A stretch of 63,528 nt of DNA, the filler included, from Pirum gemmata (lineage: Eukaryota), in assembly GCA_002812295.1 (NCBI GenBank). It is 18 parts of 18 records of this genome, joined end to end, with 100 filler letters (N's around TTAATTAATTAA, not from the genome) between each part and the next. Parts side by side here need not be neighbours in the genome. Positions count along the whole stretch, not along the records: positions 38,433 to 41,490 come from PDIN01003566.1; positions 41,591 to 47,652 come from PDIN01003567.1; positions 47,753 to 50,845 come from PDIN01003568.1; positions 50,946 to 53,994 come from PDIN01003569.1; 14 more parts are not named here. One strand, given 5' to 3'. Below the pieces are notes generated by a model. It saw only the letters and a program-made list of their open reading frames with translations. It searched no databases and was not told where the DNA came from. Shown piece after piece: positions 39,365 to 54,094 of the stretch (its first letter is position 1; each line of letters begins with the position of its first letter). Both the position numbers and the translations under genes were made by a program.

Positions 39365-41076
39365 ATAAGAGAGGTGGTAGTGGTGGTAGTGGAAGTAGTA
39401 TGAATATCATTATCATTATTGCTTTTGTTATTAATGTTGTAAATTAGGTATATAATAATACAAAATATGTGATTGTGATGATGATGATGGTGGTTGGTAG
39501 TGGTGGTGGTGGTGGCATGAATATCATTATCGTTATTGCTTTTGTTACTAACGTCGTAAATCAGTTATAAATTAATACAAAACATGTGGTGGTGGTAATG
39601 GTGTTGGTGATTATGTTGGCGATGATGATGATAGTAGGGTAGAATAAATAACATTATTATTATTGCTTTTGTTATTAACGTCGTAAATCAGTTATAATAT
39701 ATCAATACAAAATATTTTTTTGGTTTTTAACATACATCTAATAGCACTCTACACTACAATATGTTACTATTTTTTCTAATAACTTGTACAAGTATAATTT
39801 TGTTTAACCTTGGTTAGTTATTTCTTAATATATTTTTATTAATAATTATAAACAAATGATTACTGCTTCAATGACTAGAAGTAATATATATCTATATAAA
39901 CAAACCACGATAATCAAACAAACCGTAACCCTAACTCTAACCTTATTCCTATTCTTACCCCTAACTTTAACCCTACCCTATTCTTAATCCTAACCCTAAC
40001 CCTAACCCTAACCCTATTCTTATTCTTATCCCTAACCCTAACCCTATTATTATTACTACCCCTAACTCTAGCTCTAACCCTAACCCTAACCGTATATTAT
40101 TATTATTGTTATATGAATTATAAAACAATAATTATTGTTATAATGAATAAAAATAAAATATACCAAAAAAAAACAAAGAACACACACACAACGATAAACA
40201 ATGAATATTGTTTAAAATTAATAAAAATAAAATACACAAAAACAAACAAACAAACAACACGTGTTCAACAATAAAAAATAAATATGGATTAAATTACAAG
40301 AACTTGCTTCAATGACTAGAAATAAAATATATATAAAAAAACAAAACACAATAAACAAACAAACCGTAACCCTATTCCTAACCCTATTTCTATTCTTATC
40401 CCTAACTCTATAACCCTAACCGCATATTTTTAGTATTATAATATAAATTATAAAACAATAAAAAAACAAAGACACACACAACAATAAACAATAAATATTG
40501 TTTAAAATTAATAGAAATAAAATATACAAAAACAAACAAACAAACAAACAACACGTATTCAACAAAAAAAAATAAAGATGGATTAAATGATATGAACTTG
40601 CTTCAATGACTAGAAATAAAATATACAAAAAAAACAACCCACGATAACCAAACAAACCGTAACCCTATTCCTGACCCTATTCCTATTCTTATCCCTAATT
40701 CTATAACCCTAACCGCATATTCTTATTATAATATGAATTATAAAACAATAAAAACAAACAAGGAACACACACACAATGATAAAAAATGAATATTGTTTAA
40801 AATTAATAGAAATTAAATATACAAAAACAAACAAACAAACAACACGTGTTCAACAATAAAAAATAAAAACGGATTAAATAACAAGAACTTGCTTCAATGA
40901 CTAGAAATAATATATATTAAAAAAACAAACGACGATAACCAAACAAACCGTAACCCTATTCCTAACCCTAGTCCTATTCTTATCCCTAACTCTATAACCC
41001 TGCCCACATATTTTTATTATTATAATATGAATTATAAAACAATGGTTATTATTTAAATGAATAAAAATAAAATATA

Positions 41077-41129
<53 letters not shown>

Positions 41130-41346
41130 ACACACACAACGATAAACAATGAATATTGTTTAAAATTAATACAAATAAAATATACAAAAAATAACAAACA
41201 AACAACACGTGTTCAACAATATATATATATATATATATATGAATTAAATGACAAAACCAAAAACAAAAAAAGTCACAAAACCTCGCTACTACTTTCTGGT
41301 AACATTAGCAATGGAGGATTGACAGTTTTCGCGAATATAATGGCAC
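38739..41346 (-). CDS. Amidase-signature enzyme (FAAH/acetamidase-like), partial; exons 41346-41282 and 38863-38739
   Basis: [64 protein letters not shown] contains GGSSGG and GSDIGGS; GT-AG, in phase. Confidence 0.92.
39860..41250. repeat. About 290-bp tandem repeat (4 units) in the amidase intron
   Basis: GCTTCAATGACTAGAA recurs near 39865, 40306, 40600 and 40891; each unit holds a CCCTAA-like tract. Confidence 0.85.
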
Positions 41347-43430
41347 CTACATAGGGGCAGAGTTAGTGTTAGCTTAAGTGTTAGGTTTAGCGTTAGTGGT
41401 TGGTGTTACCGTTATCATTACCGTTACCGTTACCGTTATCGTTATCGTTACCGTTATCGTTATCGTTATCGTTATCGTTATCGTTATCGTNNNNNNNNNN
41501 NNNNNNNNNNNNNNNNNNNNNNNNNNNNNNNNNNTTAATTAATTAANNNNNNNNNNNNNNNNNNNNNNNNNNNNNNNNNNNNNNNNNNNNGTTTTTGCCC
41601 CAAATTGGCGTTACGTAATTATTGAACGCTCCCTTTATATTAAATCATACAAAAGCGGAAAAGAAGTGCACTTTTTTAATAGATGGTTAGTAACTAATTA
41701 GGTAATATAACTGTGGTTGAAGAGTGGTTGGGGGCTGGGGCCCTGGGGGTACTCAGGGCCTCAGGCACCTCCTCCAACACTGTGGAGTGGTCACAGCCTC
41801 ACGAGCCTGAAGTTACTCACGCAACCCCGGGTTTACTACTAGCACTACTAGCTAGCTAGAGTAGTCACGCAACCAACCAAGTAAAGAACAGGGTAAAGAA
41901 CTAAGGGGTAAAGAACCTCCACGCCACCCACTATTACTAACTAAAGCTAGCTTGGTACCTAGCTAGACTATCATACACTAGCTAGAGCTAGCACACTGCT
42001 ACTATGATAGCTAGTAGCTAGCACGGTAGCACCCACCCAAAAGAGGCTCAAGAGCAACACTAAAAAAAAACTTTCGACAGTTTACAGTTTACACTATTTT
42101 GTAATCCAGGAATTTATTTTGTACTATTAGTGTTGTGTACTTGTTGTGTGCAGCTGGTTGTGTGTGTGTGTGTGTGTGTCACAGCATGTGTGTGTGGTAC
42201 TAAGTGTGTATTGTGTGTATCTGTGTTTCTTCTACTTCATTACATTATTTTATTTTTTTTTTTTTTTTTTTTTTATAATAAAAAAATAAATTAAAAAAAA
42301 AAAAAAAAAAAATTAGAACAAAAACATGCGTGTTTATTAACTTTCAGCATCAATATCTTCCTCATTTCAATTACAATATCAACTGTTTAAATACACCACT
42401 CAACAGTATTTGAATTTGAAAGTTTGAAGATGTTGTATATGTATATTTGAAAGTTTGAAGATGTTATAGCACTAGAGTTTATTTATTATTAATTTTAATT
42501 AATTAATCCATAATTATTATATTGTATAATACTATGTCAGGATCATTGCCATCGTTAAAAAATAATATATTATTAATTATAATATCATTATTTATATCCT
42601 TATCATTAATATTATATTATTATTTTCGCTATCATTATTAATTAATATTATCATAATCATTATAATCATTAATATTATCGACCATTTTCATTATCAATAT
42701 TAATATTATCATTATCATTATCAATATATATTATATTTATCTTTATCATTATTAATATTGTACATCGTTATCGTTACCGTTACCGTTACCGTTATCATCA
42801 TTATCATTATCATTGTCATTATCGATCATTATCATTATCAATATTAATATTACCATTATCATATGCATTATCAATATATATTATATTTTTCTTTATCATT
42901 ATTAATATTGTATCGTTACCGTTACCGTTACCGTTACCGTTATCATCATTATCATTATCATTATCATTATCGATCATTATCATTATCATTATCGTTATCA
43001 TTATCATTATTAATATTAAAATTAATAATAAAATTATCATTAATTATCATTATCATGCTGTTAACGTAAACGTTATCCTTATAATATCATATTATCTTTA
43101 TCCTTATCATATTATATTTTAAATTATTTAATTTATTAAATTATTATTGTTATATTATTATCATTATAAAAAATTATCATCATTATTATAAAAGATTATC
43201 ATTATTATTATAACCCTCAATTATTATTATTATTTTATATTAATTATTATATTATTATTATTCTTCTTACTAGAAGTAGTATTAATATTGGTATAATTAG
43301 TATTATTGTTTTATTCTATATCGCTTTTCGTAACTAATTCTTGCTATTAATTAAAATGATGTTTATAATAATATTATTATATTGATATATAAATAAATAA
43401 ATATTATGATAGTATTATTTGTATGTCATA

Positions 43431-43605
43431 TTGTGCTTTTCATTTATTTTGTCACTCTAAATATTTATTTTTGGAGGGTTATAATATTTAAATTGACACT
43501 TTATAAATAAATATATAGATAATAAAATACACCAAATTAAATTAAATGGATTTATATTATATTAATTTGGTACTATTTATTGTATATTTTATGATGACAA
43601 AACAA
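43431..43605. mobile_element. MITE family A, right TIR truncated
   Basis: Left TIR and conserved body. Confidence 0.75.
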
Positions 43606-43713
43606 GCTAGAAAAAGACAAAACAAGATAGGTTATCGCGTTACGCGTGTAGGTTATGGATAAGTTATGGATAAGATCGATAAGATCGATATGATCTGTCG
43701 ATATGATAGCTCC

Positions 43714-43944
43714 AGTAGTGAGATATCTACTGGAACGTTTTTCGAACATATGCTTATCGAGCCAACCTTAATTCCGTGTTTCTTACTAATAATAGCAGTT
43801 AAATAGCTTAAAATAGAAAATCTAATTATTGTAGATACCAATTTAAGTAATAATGTTAACATTAATAGTAATAAAAGCCATAAAAATCGGAAAAGTTCCG
43901 GCAGCTGCTCGGTAATAATAAAATGACGTCATCTCACCCCTACT
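43714..43944. mobile_element. MITE family B, left TIR damaged
   Basis: Body matches 14111-14344; TSD not preserved. Confidence 0.8.
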
Positions 43945-44305
43945 GCTAGCTAGTAGCTAGCTAGCTAGAATCTCTACTATCTCTACGATAGCTAGTAGTA
44001 GCTACCTACTACGTCATAGTGTAGGTGATGTCATAAGCACATGATACGTTTACACAAAAAAGAGGCAAAAAAGATATGATACAGAGAATTAATATGATAA
44101 TACTATGATAATAATGATAATAATAAAAAAAAGTATTTTTGTGTATTATCATAATATTATATCAAACGACCTTTAAATTAAATTTATTATCCGATATTAT
44201 TAATTATTATTATCAACTATTATTATTTGCATTATCATTAAAAACAATTATACAAAAGAAAACTATAAGGAAACAAACAAAGAAAACAGAAAATTTAAAA
44301 TAAAA

Positions 44306-44424
44306 ATGATTAGTGAAGTTGAAAATGCCAAGCGGAGCTTTCTCAAAAGTGTGGAAAGTTTGGAAGAAAATCCCCAAGAAGCAGATGAGTTTTGGTTGTG
44401 GGTTACCCAGCAACTTTTGACCAG
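44306..44424 (+). CDS. Putative first exon of an unknown gene
   Basis: MISEVENAKRSFLKSVESLEENPQEADEFWLWVTQQLLT ending at AG|GTATG; coding-like composition only. Confidence 0.35.
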
Positions 44425-44580
44425 GTATGCATGTTAACGTTTTATATACTTTTGATAGTTTATTTTTGATGTTGTGTGAAATTGTGAGTAAGTGTGTTTG
44501 TTTGGGAGTGGAATAATAATAATAATAATAATANNNNNNNNNNNNNNNNNNNNNNNNNNNNNNNNNNNNNNNNNNNNNNN

Positions 44581-44618
<38 letters not shown>

Positions 44619-45030
44619 ATTGTTGTTGTTGATAGTAGTATCAGATAGAAGATTCAATGTTGCATCAACTACTTCGGACTATCGATACTACTTATATGAC
44701 TGTGTAGACTTGTACAACACTACCAGACCTAGCTAGTACCACTAGCAGTCTACCAGTATCACCTACTATCTGATACTACTAGCTAGCTAGCTAACTATCA
44801 ATTCTATCAATATATCATACACCCAGACTATATATACACTACATAATATTATTATGTGTATGAGCGATATTTTTCGATTTCTCCTCAGTCGATTCACTCA
44901 GTCGATTTCTCCAAGGAGTTATAGACTACCAGTAGTCTTGCTGCAGTCTTGCTGCCTACTAGCTAGAGATAAAACTGTAGATGAAGTTGATGAACACCAC
45001 AAGCTAGTTAGATCTAGCTATCAATAGCTA

Positions 45031-45306
45031 GGGAGCGTTCAATAATTACGTAACGCTGGGGGTAGGTAGGTGGTGTGGTGTAGGTGGGGTCGGATTTTTG
45101 TGACAGGCCGTGACGCAGTAGGGGGGTAGGTTTTCGTAATATGACATAACGCAAAAAAATATATATATATATATTTGAGCATTTAGGCCAAATCGTTACG
45201 TCATAAGGGGTAGGTAGTCCTTCTCAAACGTGGATGTTACACGAGGGTAGTAGGGTATGATAGGTTTTTGTTCCAAATCGGCGTTACGTAATTATTGAAC
45301 GCTCCC
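45031..45306. mobile_element. MITE family C2 (Harbinger-like, 276 bp); further ends at 41591-41633 and 47623-47652
   Basis: Perfect 26-bp TIR GGGAGCGTTCAATAATTACGTAACGC, TSD CTA. Confidence 0.9.
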
Positions 45307-45402
45307 CTACTAGAGATGAAGTTGAACCCCTTAGATGAACCTTACAGAGTCAGTTTATATAGAGTCATAGATGATACTTTTGAAACTCTTTTTGGAAGCT
45401 TA

Positions 45403-45582
45403 TCGTGCTTTTCATTTATTTTGTCATTCGGAATATTTATTTGGAGGGTTATAATCTTTAAATTGATATTTTTAAAAATCAATAAATAGATAATAAAATA
45501 TACCTAATTAAATTAAATGGATTTATATTGTATTAATTTGGTGCTATTTATTGTATATTTTATGACAAACTGAAAAGCACTA
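45403..45582. mobile_element. MITE family A
   Basis: TIRs, TA flanks. Confidence 0.85.
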
Positions 45583-47146
45583 TCATGATATAGTCTAGTA
45601 TTTTTAATACTAAGATCATACTAGACTAGCTACTCTAGCTAGGTAGGTAGGGAGGGGTATTTGAAGCTGTACTTGACCGGAAATTGACGTTACGTATTAT
45701 TTGAACGCTCTCAAACTTTGGAGTTTGGAGTCTGGAGTCTGGACTCTGGACGAAGTTCTGAACCTTGCAGGGACCTTGCTACCAGCTACTTGCTAAGTAG
45801 ACTCTACTAGCTAGTATAGTATTACAGAATTTACAGTGTCTATAAGACTATAACTGTGTCTATCTTCAAAATTTTATAAAATAAATAATAGACAACAGTA
45901 CAAGTAGTGAAACTAATGAGATTGACATAATATTATCCATATCTATCTGATTCTGATAATATATTATAGACTATACCACAATGTACGGTAATACGTACCA
46001 CAAGATTTAGATTGTAATACAAAGGTTAGATTTATTATTGATTTATATATATATATATAGTAAAAAAACAGTTAAAAAAAACAGTTATTTTCGCCAAATA
46101 ACTGTTTTTTTACTATATGTCATATATATATAATATGATAATTATCGGAAGCGTTCAGATACTACGTATTTACGTAACGCCAATTTCCAGTCGAATACAG
46201 CTTCAAATACCCCTACCCACTTACCCCTCGACGTTAATTTCCGGTCAAATACCACCTACCTACCTTCCCCTAGCTCTTCCCCTTGACATTACTTTATAGA
46301 ATCGTATAGATATAGTATTTAATTAAAGTCCTCAAAACTATTATTATTAATACTCAAATTCAGTTATAATATATAAACGTAATTATAAACAGTCAATAAT
46401 TATTATATATATAAACGTAATTATAAACAATCAATAATTATTATAAATATCATTATATTTTATAAAAATTAATACATTATTAAATATTTGTTTATGAAGG
46501 ATTTTGACAAGACTCCCTCTATCATATTTTAATTATTATGATATTATGATACATGGATTCTTGAAAAGTGGGTTCGATCTCTTCTTTCTTTAGAAAGAAA
46601 GATTAATTAAAAAGACACCGAGTGTGTGATTGAGTGACTGTTGGACAGTTGGAGTGAGTGTTCTGAGTGAGTGGTACTGTGTTGGATTATGGTAAACTTT
46701 TTTTACCATATGCATAATAATAAAAACTATGATATATATCAGATAGACTGAGATAGCTGAGATAGTACTTTTAAAAATAGACTGGTTTTTTTTCTCAGGA
46801 AGATGAGTAAAATAGGAATAAAAATGGTAAAAACTGTAAAAACTTGTTACAAAAGCAGTGTAAAAAAGTTAAAACCACCCTATATGACTCATAATATGAG
46901 GCTATATCCAGTTCTATATCCCCCCCCCCCTATGATAAAAAGCCTATAAAAAAAAAAAAAAAAAAAAAATAAAAAAAAAAAACAGTAAAAAAACTGATAA
47001 AAAAAAACTGTTTACAAAAAACATTTTTGTAAATCATTTTCGTTTATTCTTATTTTGGTTGGTTCCCCCTACTCTCTAACTTCTGTAATTTTTCTCAGCC
47101 TTAAACCAGAATATTCGAATTTCGAACTAAGAATATTCAAAAATCC

Positions 47147-47345
47147 AAGCCGGATAAAACTGTAGAATGATAACTAGCCAAATTGTTTTTAAAAACTAGC
47201 AATTGGTTCATAATAGAGTTTTTTTATTTTTTTAAAAATAAAAATAATTTCTCAAAATTTGGTAGTACTTTCATCTAGGTACTTTCATTTTGAGATTTTT
47301 TGGATTTTTGAGCTCATATATGGCGGATGTCGCCATTTTTATCCA
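47147..47345. repeat. Interspersed repeat family E (also about 59951-60090; reverse copy about 20740-20830)
   Basis: Shared AAGCCGGATAAAACTGTAGA..AACTAGCCAAATT..TTTGGTAGTACTTT blocks. Confidence 0.6.
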
Positions 47346-48990
47346 ATTTCTCTATCATATCATTTAGACCCGGGTCTACCGTCTATGTAGTCTATGTATG
47401 ATTCACATCGTAGACTAGTCTAGAAAAAAAAAAAGTCCCGACTCCTGCAGCTAGCTTGCTGCAAGCTGCAAGCCTACCTACGAGATTGCAATTTATACTG
47501 CAGTTTATCCTATAGCAAATCAAGGCAGTTTATCTGAACTGGTTTAATTCCTATTTAGCTATTGGGTAATATTGAGTAATATTGAATATTGAACAAACAC
47601 AAAAACATTCATCCAATAATATGGGAGCGTTCAATAATTACGTAACGCTTGGNNNNNNNNNNNNNNNNNNNNNNNNNNNNNNNNNNNNNNNNNNNNTTAA
47701 TTAATTAANNNNNNNNNNNNNNNNNNNNNNNNNNNNNNNNNNNNNNNNNNNNAAAAAAAAAACCAAAAACCTGTTTTTCTCGCTCTTTCTAATTTTTTTT
47801 TGTTTGGTTTATATACATAATCCTAACCTCTCTTTTGTGAATCATGATTGGTTACAAGATAATCGAATGAATCAATGTGGATGGTCAAATGAAACAATAG
47901 AGTGCACAATTTACAAATTAGTGTATATATATTATGATATTATGATATTGAAGCACACGTAAATGATGTCATAGTCCATAGTTTGTTGACATTTTTTAAA
48001 ATATATATATATTTTTTATTATTATTAATAAAAATAAAAGTGGGGTTTCCATTTGATAGTATTTGATTCAAAATCAAAAATACTAATACTTTTTTAAAAT
48101 TATTTTATTTTTATTGGATATAGGGTTTTGTTACTAGGAGGTTAGTTTATGATTCTCTAATGATTCTCTACTAGCTACATTGCTGCTACAAGCGCATAGG
48201 TGGCTAGACTGGTTGGGGATCAGGTCAGGATTAGGCATCTTTGAAACCATAATGATAATAATTCGCCAAATTCGCTGTTGCAATATTAAAAACCACTTAG
48301 GCCACTTAGACCAGTCAATAACTCAATATTCATATGATAGAAATAATTAAGAAGTTATTATTGGCCAAAGGATTGCAAAAAATTAAAAAAAAAAAACCCA
48401 AAGAACTTGTGTAAATAATATGATTGGTCAAAAAAGTTTTATTATTTATTTTTTTATTGGTAGCTTTTTGCCATATATTTTCTGGAAACAAACAAACAAA
48501 GTTATGATATATATATAGCTAAGTACAATTACTCAACTAGCTATGCCATATCTTAGGGACTGTAGAGTGTACTCAGTGTAGTACAACTAACAGGAAACTT
48601 ATCAGCTTGCTGCTAGAATGTTGTTTTTGTTTGCTTTTTGTTTTCGTTTTTTGCTTTCACTTTTTACCACAAACATAGCAAAAAAAAAAAAACGAAACTG
48701 ATCATTAATTACTCCACAACCCTAATATAACCTGGTCTCATAACCTAACCCTAACTCAACCCTGAAACCCTAACCAGCTCCCTAACCCTAATCGGGTCTA
48801 ATATATATATATATCCGTTATTCCGGTATCCGTTTCTAGTTAACACTGGCATTATTAAAGTATTATTAATTAGTTAATGGTATGTATTACTATTAGTGTA
48901 TGGATGTTATAATGTAATTGTTATAATGTTATTGATATGTGTGTGTATTTTTTTTTTTTTTTTTTTTTTTTTGATTTTAACAATAATCAA

Positions 48991-49049
<59 letters not shown>

Positions 49050-49573
49050 ACTATTTCATTTTTATTTGTACAATTTAATAAATATTTTTTATTTAAAATA
49101 GATCAATAATAATTTACTTTGGTATATTTTAATACAATTTTTTGATGTAGAATATATATATAGACAAGAAATACTCATATTAATTAACGTCTATACATAT
49201 TATTTATAAATAATTACAATATGTGGGTCTACCACTGTTCTCTTGTTACTAAGCTAGCTAGCTAGTTGGCTGTTTCTATCTATTTATTTGGTGGCTTACT
49301 TTTACTTTATTGTTAAAAAGCACTTTTGCGAATTTAAATAGGTTGTTTTTTTACCCTTTTACTTTCCCTGCAAATATTAAAATGCAGGGTTTGGCAGTAG
49401 GGGTTTATTTGGTGGCTTACTTTTACTTTATTGTTAAAAAGCGTTTTTGCGAATTTAAATAGGTTGTTTTTTTACCCTTTTACTTTCCCTGTAAATAGTG
49501 GTGCAAGTATTAAAATGCAGGGTTTTACTTTCCCTGTAAATAGTGGTGCAAATATTAAAATGCAGGGTTTGGC

Positions 49574-49765
49574 AGTAGGGGTGAGATGACGTCTTTTTAT
49601 TATTACCGAGCAGCTGCCGGAACTTTTCCAATTTTATGGTTTTTATTACTATTAATATTAATATTATTACTTTAATTGGTATCTACTATAATTAGATTCA
49701 CTAATTTAAGCTATTTAACTGCCATTATTAGTAAGAAAACGGAACTAAGGTCGGCTCGATCTACT
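49574..49765. mobile_element. MITE family B with subterminal deletion
   Basis: Left TIR intact; only CTACT remains of the right TIR; TSD GGTTTGGC preserved. Confidence 0.85.
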
Positions 49766-51118
49766 GGTTTGGCCTAGCTTCCCATAAAATAGTGCCATAA
49801 ATATCAATTTACCCCCCGAAAGTGTTCCCTAGCCCATTTCGAGTTTTTTATAAATAGACCCCACGGGGGTCTATAGGTTTGATTTGCATATTTTTTTACC
49901 GATCTAAAAAAAAAAATTCAAATAAACACACGTTTTAGCCAATGGAGGGTTGTCTTTTGAGCTTGAACTAACTATTGGACTTTCGATCATTATAGCCATT
50001 TTTTAATTCGAAAATTTTTAAAAATATTTTTAAAAAAATAAACGAAATAATGATTGAATAGATTTATAGGGTTTCGGACCATGTTTGTTTCTACAATTTG
50101 CATATTTTGCTTTTTTCTCTATTTTTCCTTTTTTAGCCTTTTTTCCTCTCTAAATGTATCTTGGTTGGTGTCCCACTATCACACGAATGACAGTCGAATG
50201 ACCCTCTTATCTCGAAAAAATTTTAAAAAAAGTATATCTATTTTCAAACCCTGCAAATTAGCCTTTTTTTAATAGCGCTGTTAAAAAATAATAAGTAAAT
50301 TATTTTTTTTAAAAAAAGTATATATATTTTCAAACCCTGAAAATAAGCCCTTTTTTTTTTTTCGTTCCCTTTCTAGAAAATAGCAGTAAAATAGCGCTGT
50401 TAAAAAATAATAAGTAAATAATACAATTATAGTAGAGCATCATAGTTTGACATAGAACTACATAGTGTGCATGTCATTATCTATTAATTATTATTAATTA
50501 TATAATTATAATTTAAAATTTGTTGCTTGTAAACAACGCGGGTTATATTAATCAGATAATATAAGAGTATATAAGGTTAGAAGCTGAATTAGGATTAAGA
50601 ATTTCTAGGATTATGATTAGGGTTAGGATTGAATTATTAAGTAGGGTTATAATTAGTTAGGATAAAGTCATTCATTATGTTACAAAATTATCATACTGTA
50701 AAATGGTTAGGGTGAGGGGTCACTACGTTGCAGTGGCCATTTAATATAATATTGTTATAATATATATACTGTAGTCTACTATTGATAATAATACAATATC
50801 CAATTATATTATGCATTTTATATATTCTACATAATATATAATTATNNNNNNNNNNNNNNNNNNNNNNNNNNNNNNNNNNNNNNNNNNNNTTAATTAATTA
50901 ANNNNNNNNNNNNNNNNNNNNNNNNNNNNNNNNNNNNNNNNNNNNTTTATTTATTTATTTAATCCCCTTGCCTACCCCCTCCTCCTCTATCGTTGTTTGG
51001 TTTTTTCTCGGTTTTATTTTATTTCGATGTTGACATTTACCACCATTTGAAAATGTTTTAACTTTTATTATTATTATTATTATTATTATATCAATTTATA
51101 TATTTATAACTATAAAAG

Positions 51119-53172
51119 ACATTGCATCTTCAGGAGCTTATCAAGAAAACCTAAAGAAACAGCAACAGTTACTGCTTGACAACGTGGCTGCGATCAACCA
51201 CTACCTGGGAAAAAGTGGAAGAGAACATTATGATGAAATTGAAACAGTTAAACAACAAGTTAAAGAATTAGAAAACAAACAAGATTTAATTACAGCAGAG
51301 CATGGTGATTTCTACACGGAAGGAATTCGAGGCAAATTTAGTAAATTCAAAGTTAGAAAATATGACAGCTATTGGAATTGGTCTCGTCAAGATTTTTATA
51401 AGTTTAATAATAAATGCATGAGCTTGATGATGGCTGAGAAAACCAGCGATGGTAAAAATGATGGCGATAATTATCTTCTTTTAAAGTTGGATTGGAATAG
51501 AATTGTCAATCGCTTATCGATCCATGTGAAGGATAGTATTTTGTGTATGTTGGATTCTGAATTAGGTAAATGGGTATGTGATAATATTATTTGTGATGAT
51601 ATTGCTGATGTTCAAGAGAAGTTAATAAACTCTTTTGCTCAGGGTTGTGATTCGGTTTACAAGAAAAAAATTGCTCCACTTCGACCTAAAACTGACATAA
51701 CCGATACTGGAAAGTTGGTGTATTCTGAGGTTATCATTGTTGGTGTCATTGCTCTTGTTGTTTCAATAGCAAATTATTAATTTTATTTTTGTTTTGTTTT
51801 GTTTTTTTGTGTAATTTTTATCAGTGTTTCTGTTCTTGTTCTTGTTTTTATTAATATTACTATCGATATCAACATGGTTGCTAAATAATACCGAATCTAT
51901 CAAAAATTATTATAAATTTATATATAACCACACCACACAATGATTACTATTACACAACCACTACTACCTCCGCGACCACCATAACCAACATAACCACTAT
52001 AACCACTATATTCACAACCACAATCACAATCACAATCACAACCACAACCACAACCACAACCACAACCACAACCACAGCCACAACCACAATCACAACCATA
52101 TCACAACCACAACCATAATCACAACCATATCACAACCACATCATCATCAGCAGCAGCAACCTCTATATCCGCAACCTCTATATCCGCAACAACTACAACC
52201 GCACTTAATAGGTTACAAACATTTTCTTTTATTTATTACCAACCTTTTTGATCATAGGTTGAACGTACTATCAACTACGTAACCGAAATCCAAAGCGTAA
52301 TGGAGTTATGTGCTAAAGAAAAGGACTCTGAGTCACAATTATTTTCAGCATCCTCAGAGGAAGTATTGCGAAAAACTTTGGAAGAGATGTTACAGCTACA
52401 TAATCACGAACAACATGAACAACGCCAAAATGTTGTAGAAAAAATTGATATGTTTATGAAAATGTGCAAAAGTAACAAAAGAAGTGGCATTGGTGATGAT
52501 AATGAAATACCTTTAGTCAATTTGAAAAGACAGGTAAATGTTTATTTCACATGTCGTTATGTTTGTCCCCCCCTTCTCAAATCTCTTATTTTCTTCCAAG
52601 TTTTTTGTTTCTTGTTTTTTCTATTTTTTAGGGGTTTTTTATTATTATTATTTGGATTGGTTTGGTTTAGTTTAGTTTGCTTGTATGTGTGAGTGTTGTG
52701 TGGGTTAATAAATTAAAAGCAAAAGTTTTTTTATTAAAAGTTTTTTATCTATTTATTTCCTTTATTGGTTGTATCCATTTAATTTCCTTCTGATATATAT
52801 ATATATATATACGTGTATTGTTTTATTTTTTAACAACAACTTATAGAATGGTAGTAAATGGGTTTATGATAAAGATATGACCCAGAATCTTTTTAATTCT
52901 ATTAGTAATATCCAAGAAAATGGAATATCTTTGAAAGATAAAATGGTACTCATAACCGGATGTGGTCGTGGATCCATTGGAGAAGCGATTTTGGACGCCC
53001 TTCTTGCTGCAGGTTTTTTTTTTGGTGGTGTTGTTGTTGTTGTTTTAGTTTTAGTTTCGTTTAATTTCTTTTAGTTTAGTTTAGTTTCTTTTAGTTTGGT
53101 TTAGTTTCCTTTAGTTTCGTTTTGCTTCGCGATAGTGATAATGTAATGCTATTAATAATGATAATGATAAGG

Positions 53173-53204
<32 letters not shown>

Positions 53205-53655
53205 GTAGGTGCTCAAGTTGTAGTAACTTCTAGCTCGTTTACAAGTAGCTCTTTGGCAACTTTCCGCAACAAATATGAAACTTTAGGAGGAAAAGGCAGC
53301 TCTTTGACCGTGGTTCCCTTCAACCAAGGCTCCATTCAAGACTGCAAAAATCTTGTTGATTACATTTATGATGACCTAAAAATGGGTAAGCATTTGTATA
53401 CTTTTGTTACTTGGTTTTAGCTCAATTTTATTTTGTTTGGGGTTAGGTTGGGATTGGGATTGGGATTGGGATTGGGATTGAGATTGGGATTGTAAGTTTT
53501 TCTTTTTTAACAATTTTAATACTTACAACAGAACATTATTAACACTCTATTGTATTGTTTTCTTTTTGTTCATTTGGTAGATTTGGACTATATAATTCCT
53601 TTTGCTGCTATTTCTGAAAATGGACGGATGATTAATGGAGTTGATGACCGTTCAG
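51119..53655 (+). CDS. FAS2: Fungal-type fatty acid synthase, alpha-chain helical and ketoreductase region, partial; exons about 51119-51729, 52258-52533, 52847-53012, 53209-53385, 53581-53655
   Basis: AEHGDFYTEGI...YDSYWNWSRQD, DKMVLITGCGRGSIG..G|AQVVVTSS, VVPFNQGS, D|LDYIIPFAAISENG are collinear with yeast Fas2; all introns GT-AG and in phase. Confidence 0.93.
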
Positions 53656-54094
53656 GTAAAACTTAAGTGTTATATTTAACTGTAACAATCAATCCGTAGA
53701 ACCGCCTAATCATTTGTCACACACATACACTAATTTATCTCTTTTCAGAGATTCACTAAATTGACTGTCTTAACTCTTAACGTTACCATTTCCATTACAT
53801 TATCATTACTATTACCATTACCATTGTCATTGCTATTGCTAATACTATTACCATTACGCTGTTACCATTACCATTACCATTACCATTACCATTACCATTA
53901 CCATTACTATTACTATTACTATTACCATTGCTACTATTACTATTACTATTACTATTACTATTTCTATTACTATTACTGTTACTATTACTATTACNNNNNN
54001 NNNNNNNNNNNNNNNNNNNNNNNNNNNNNNNNNNNNNNTTAATTAATTAANNNNNNNNNNNNNNNNNNNNNNNNNNNNNNNNNNNNNNNNNNNN

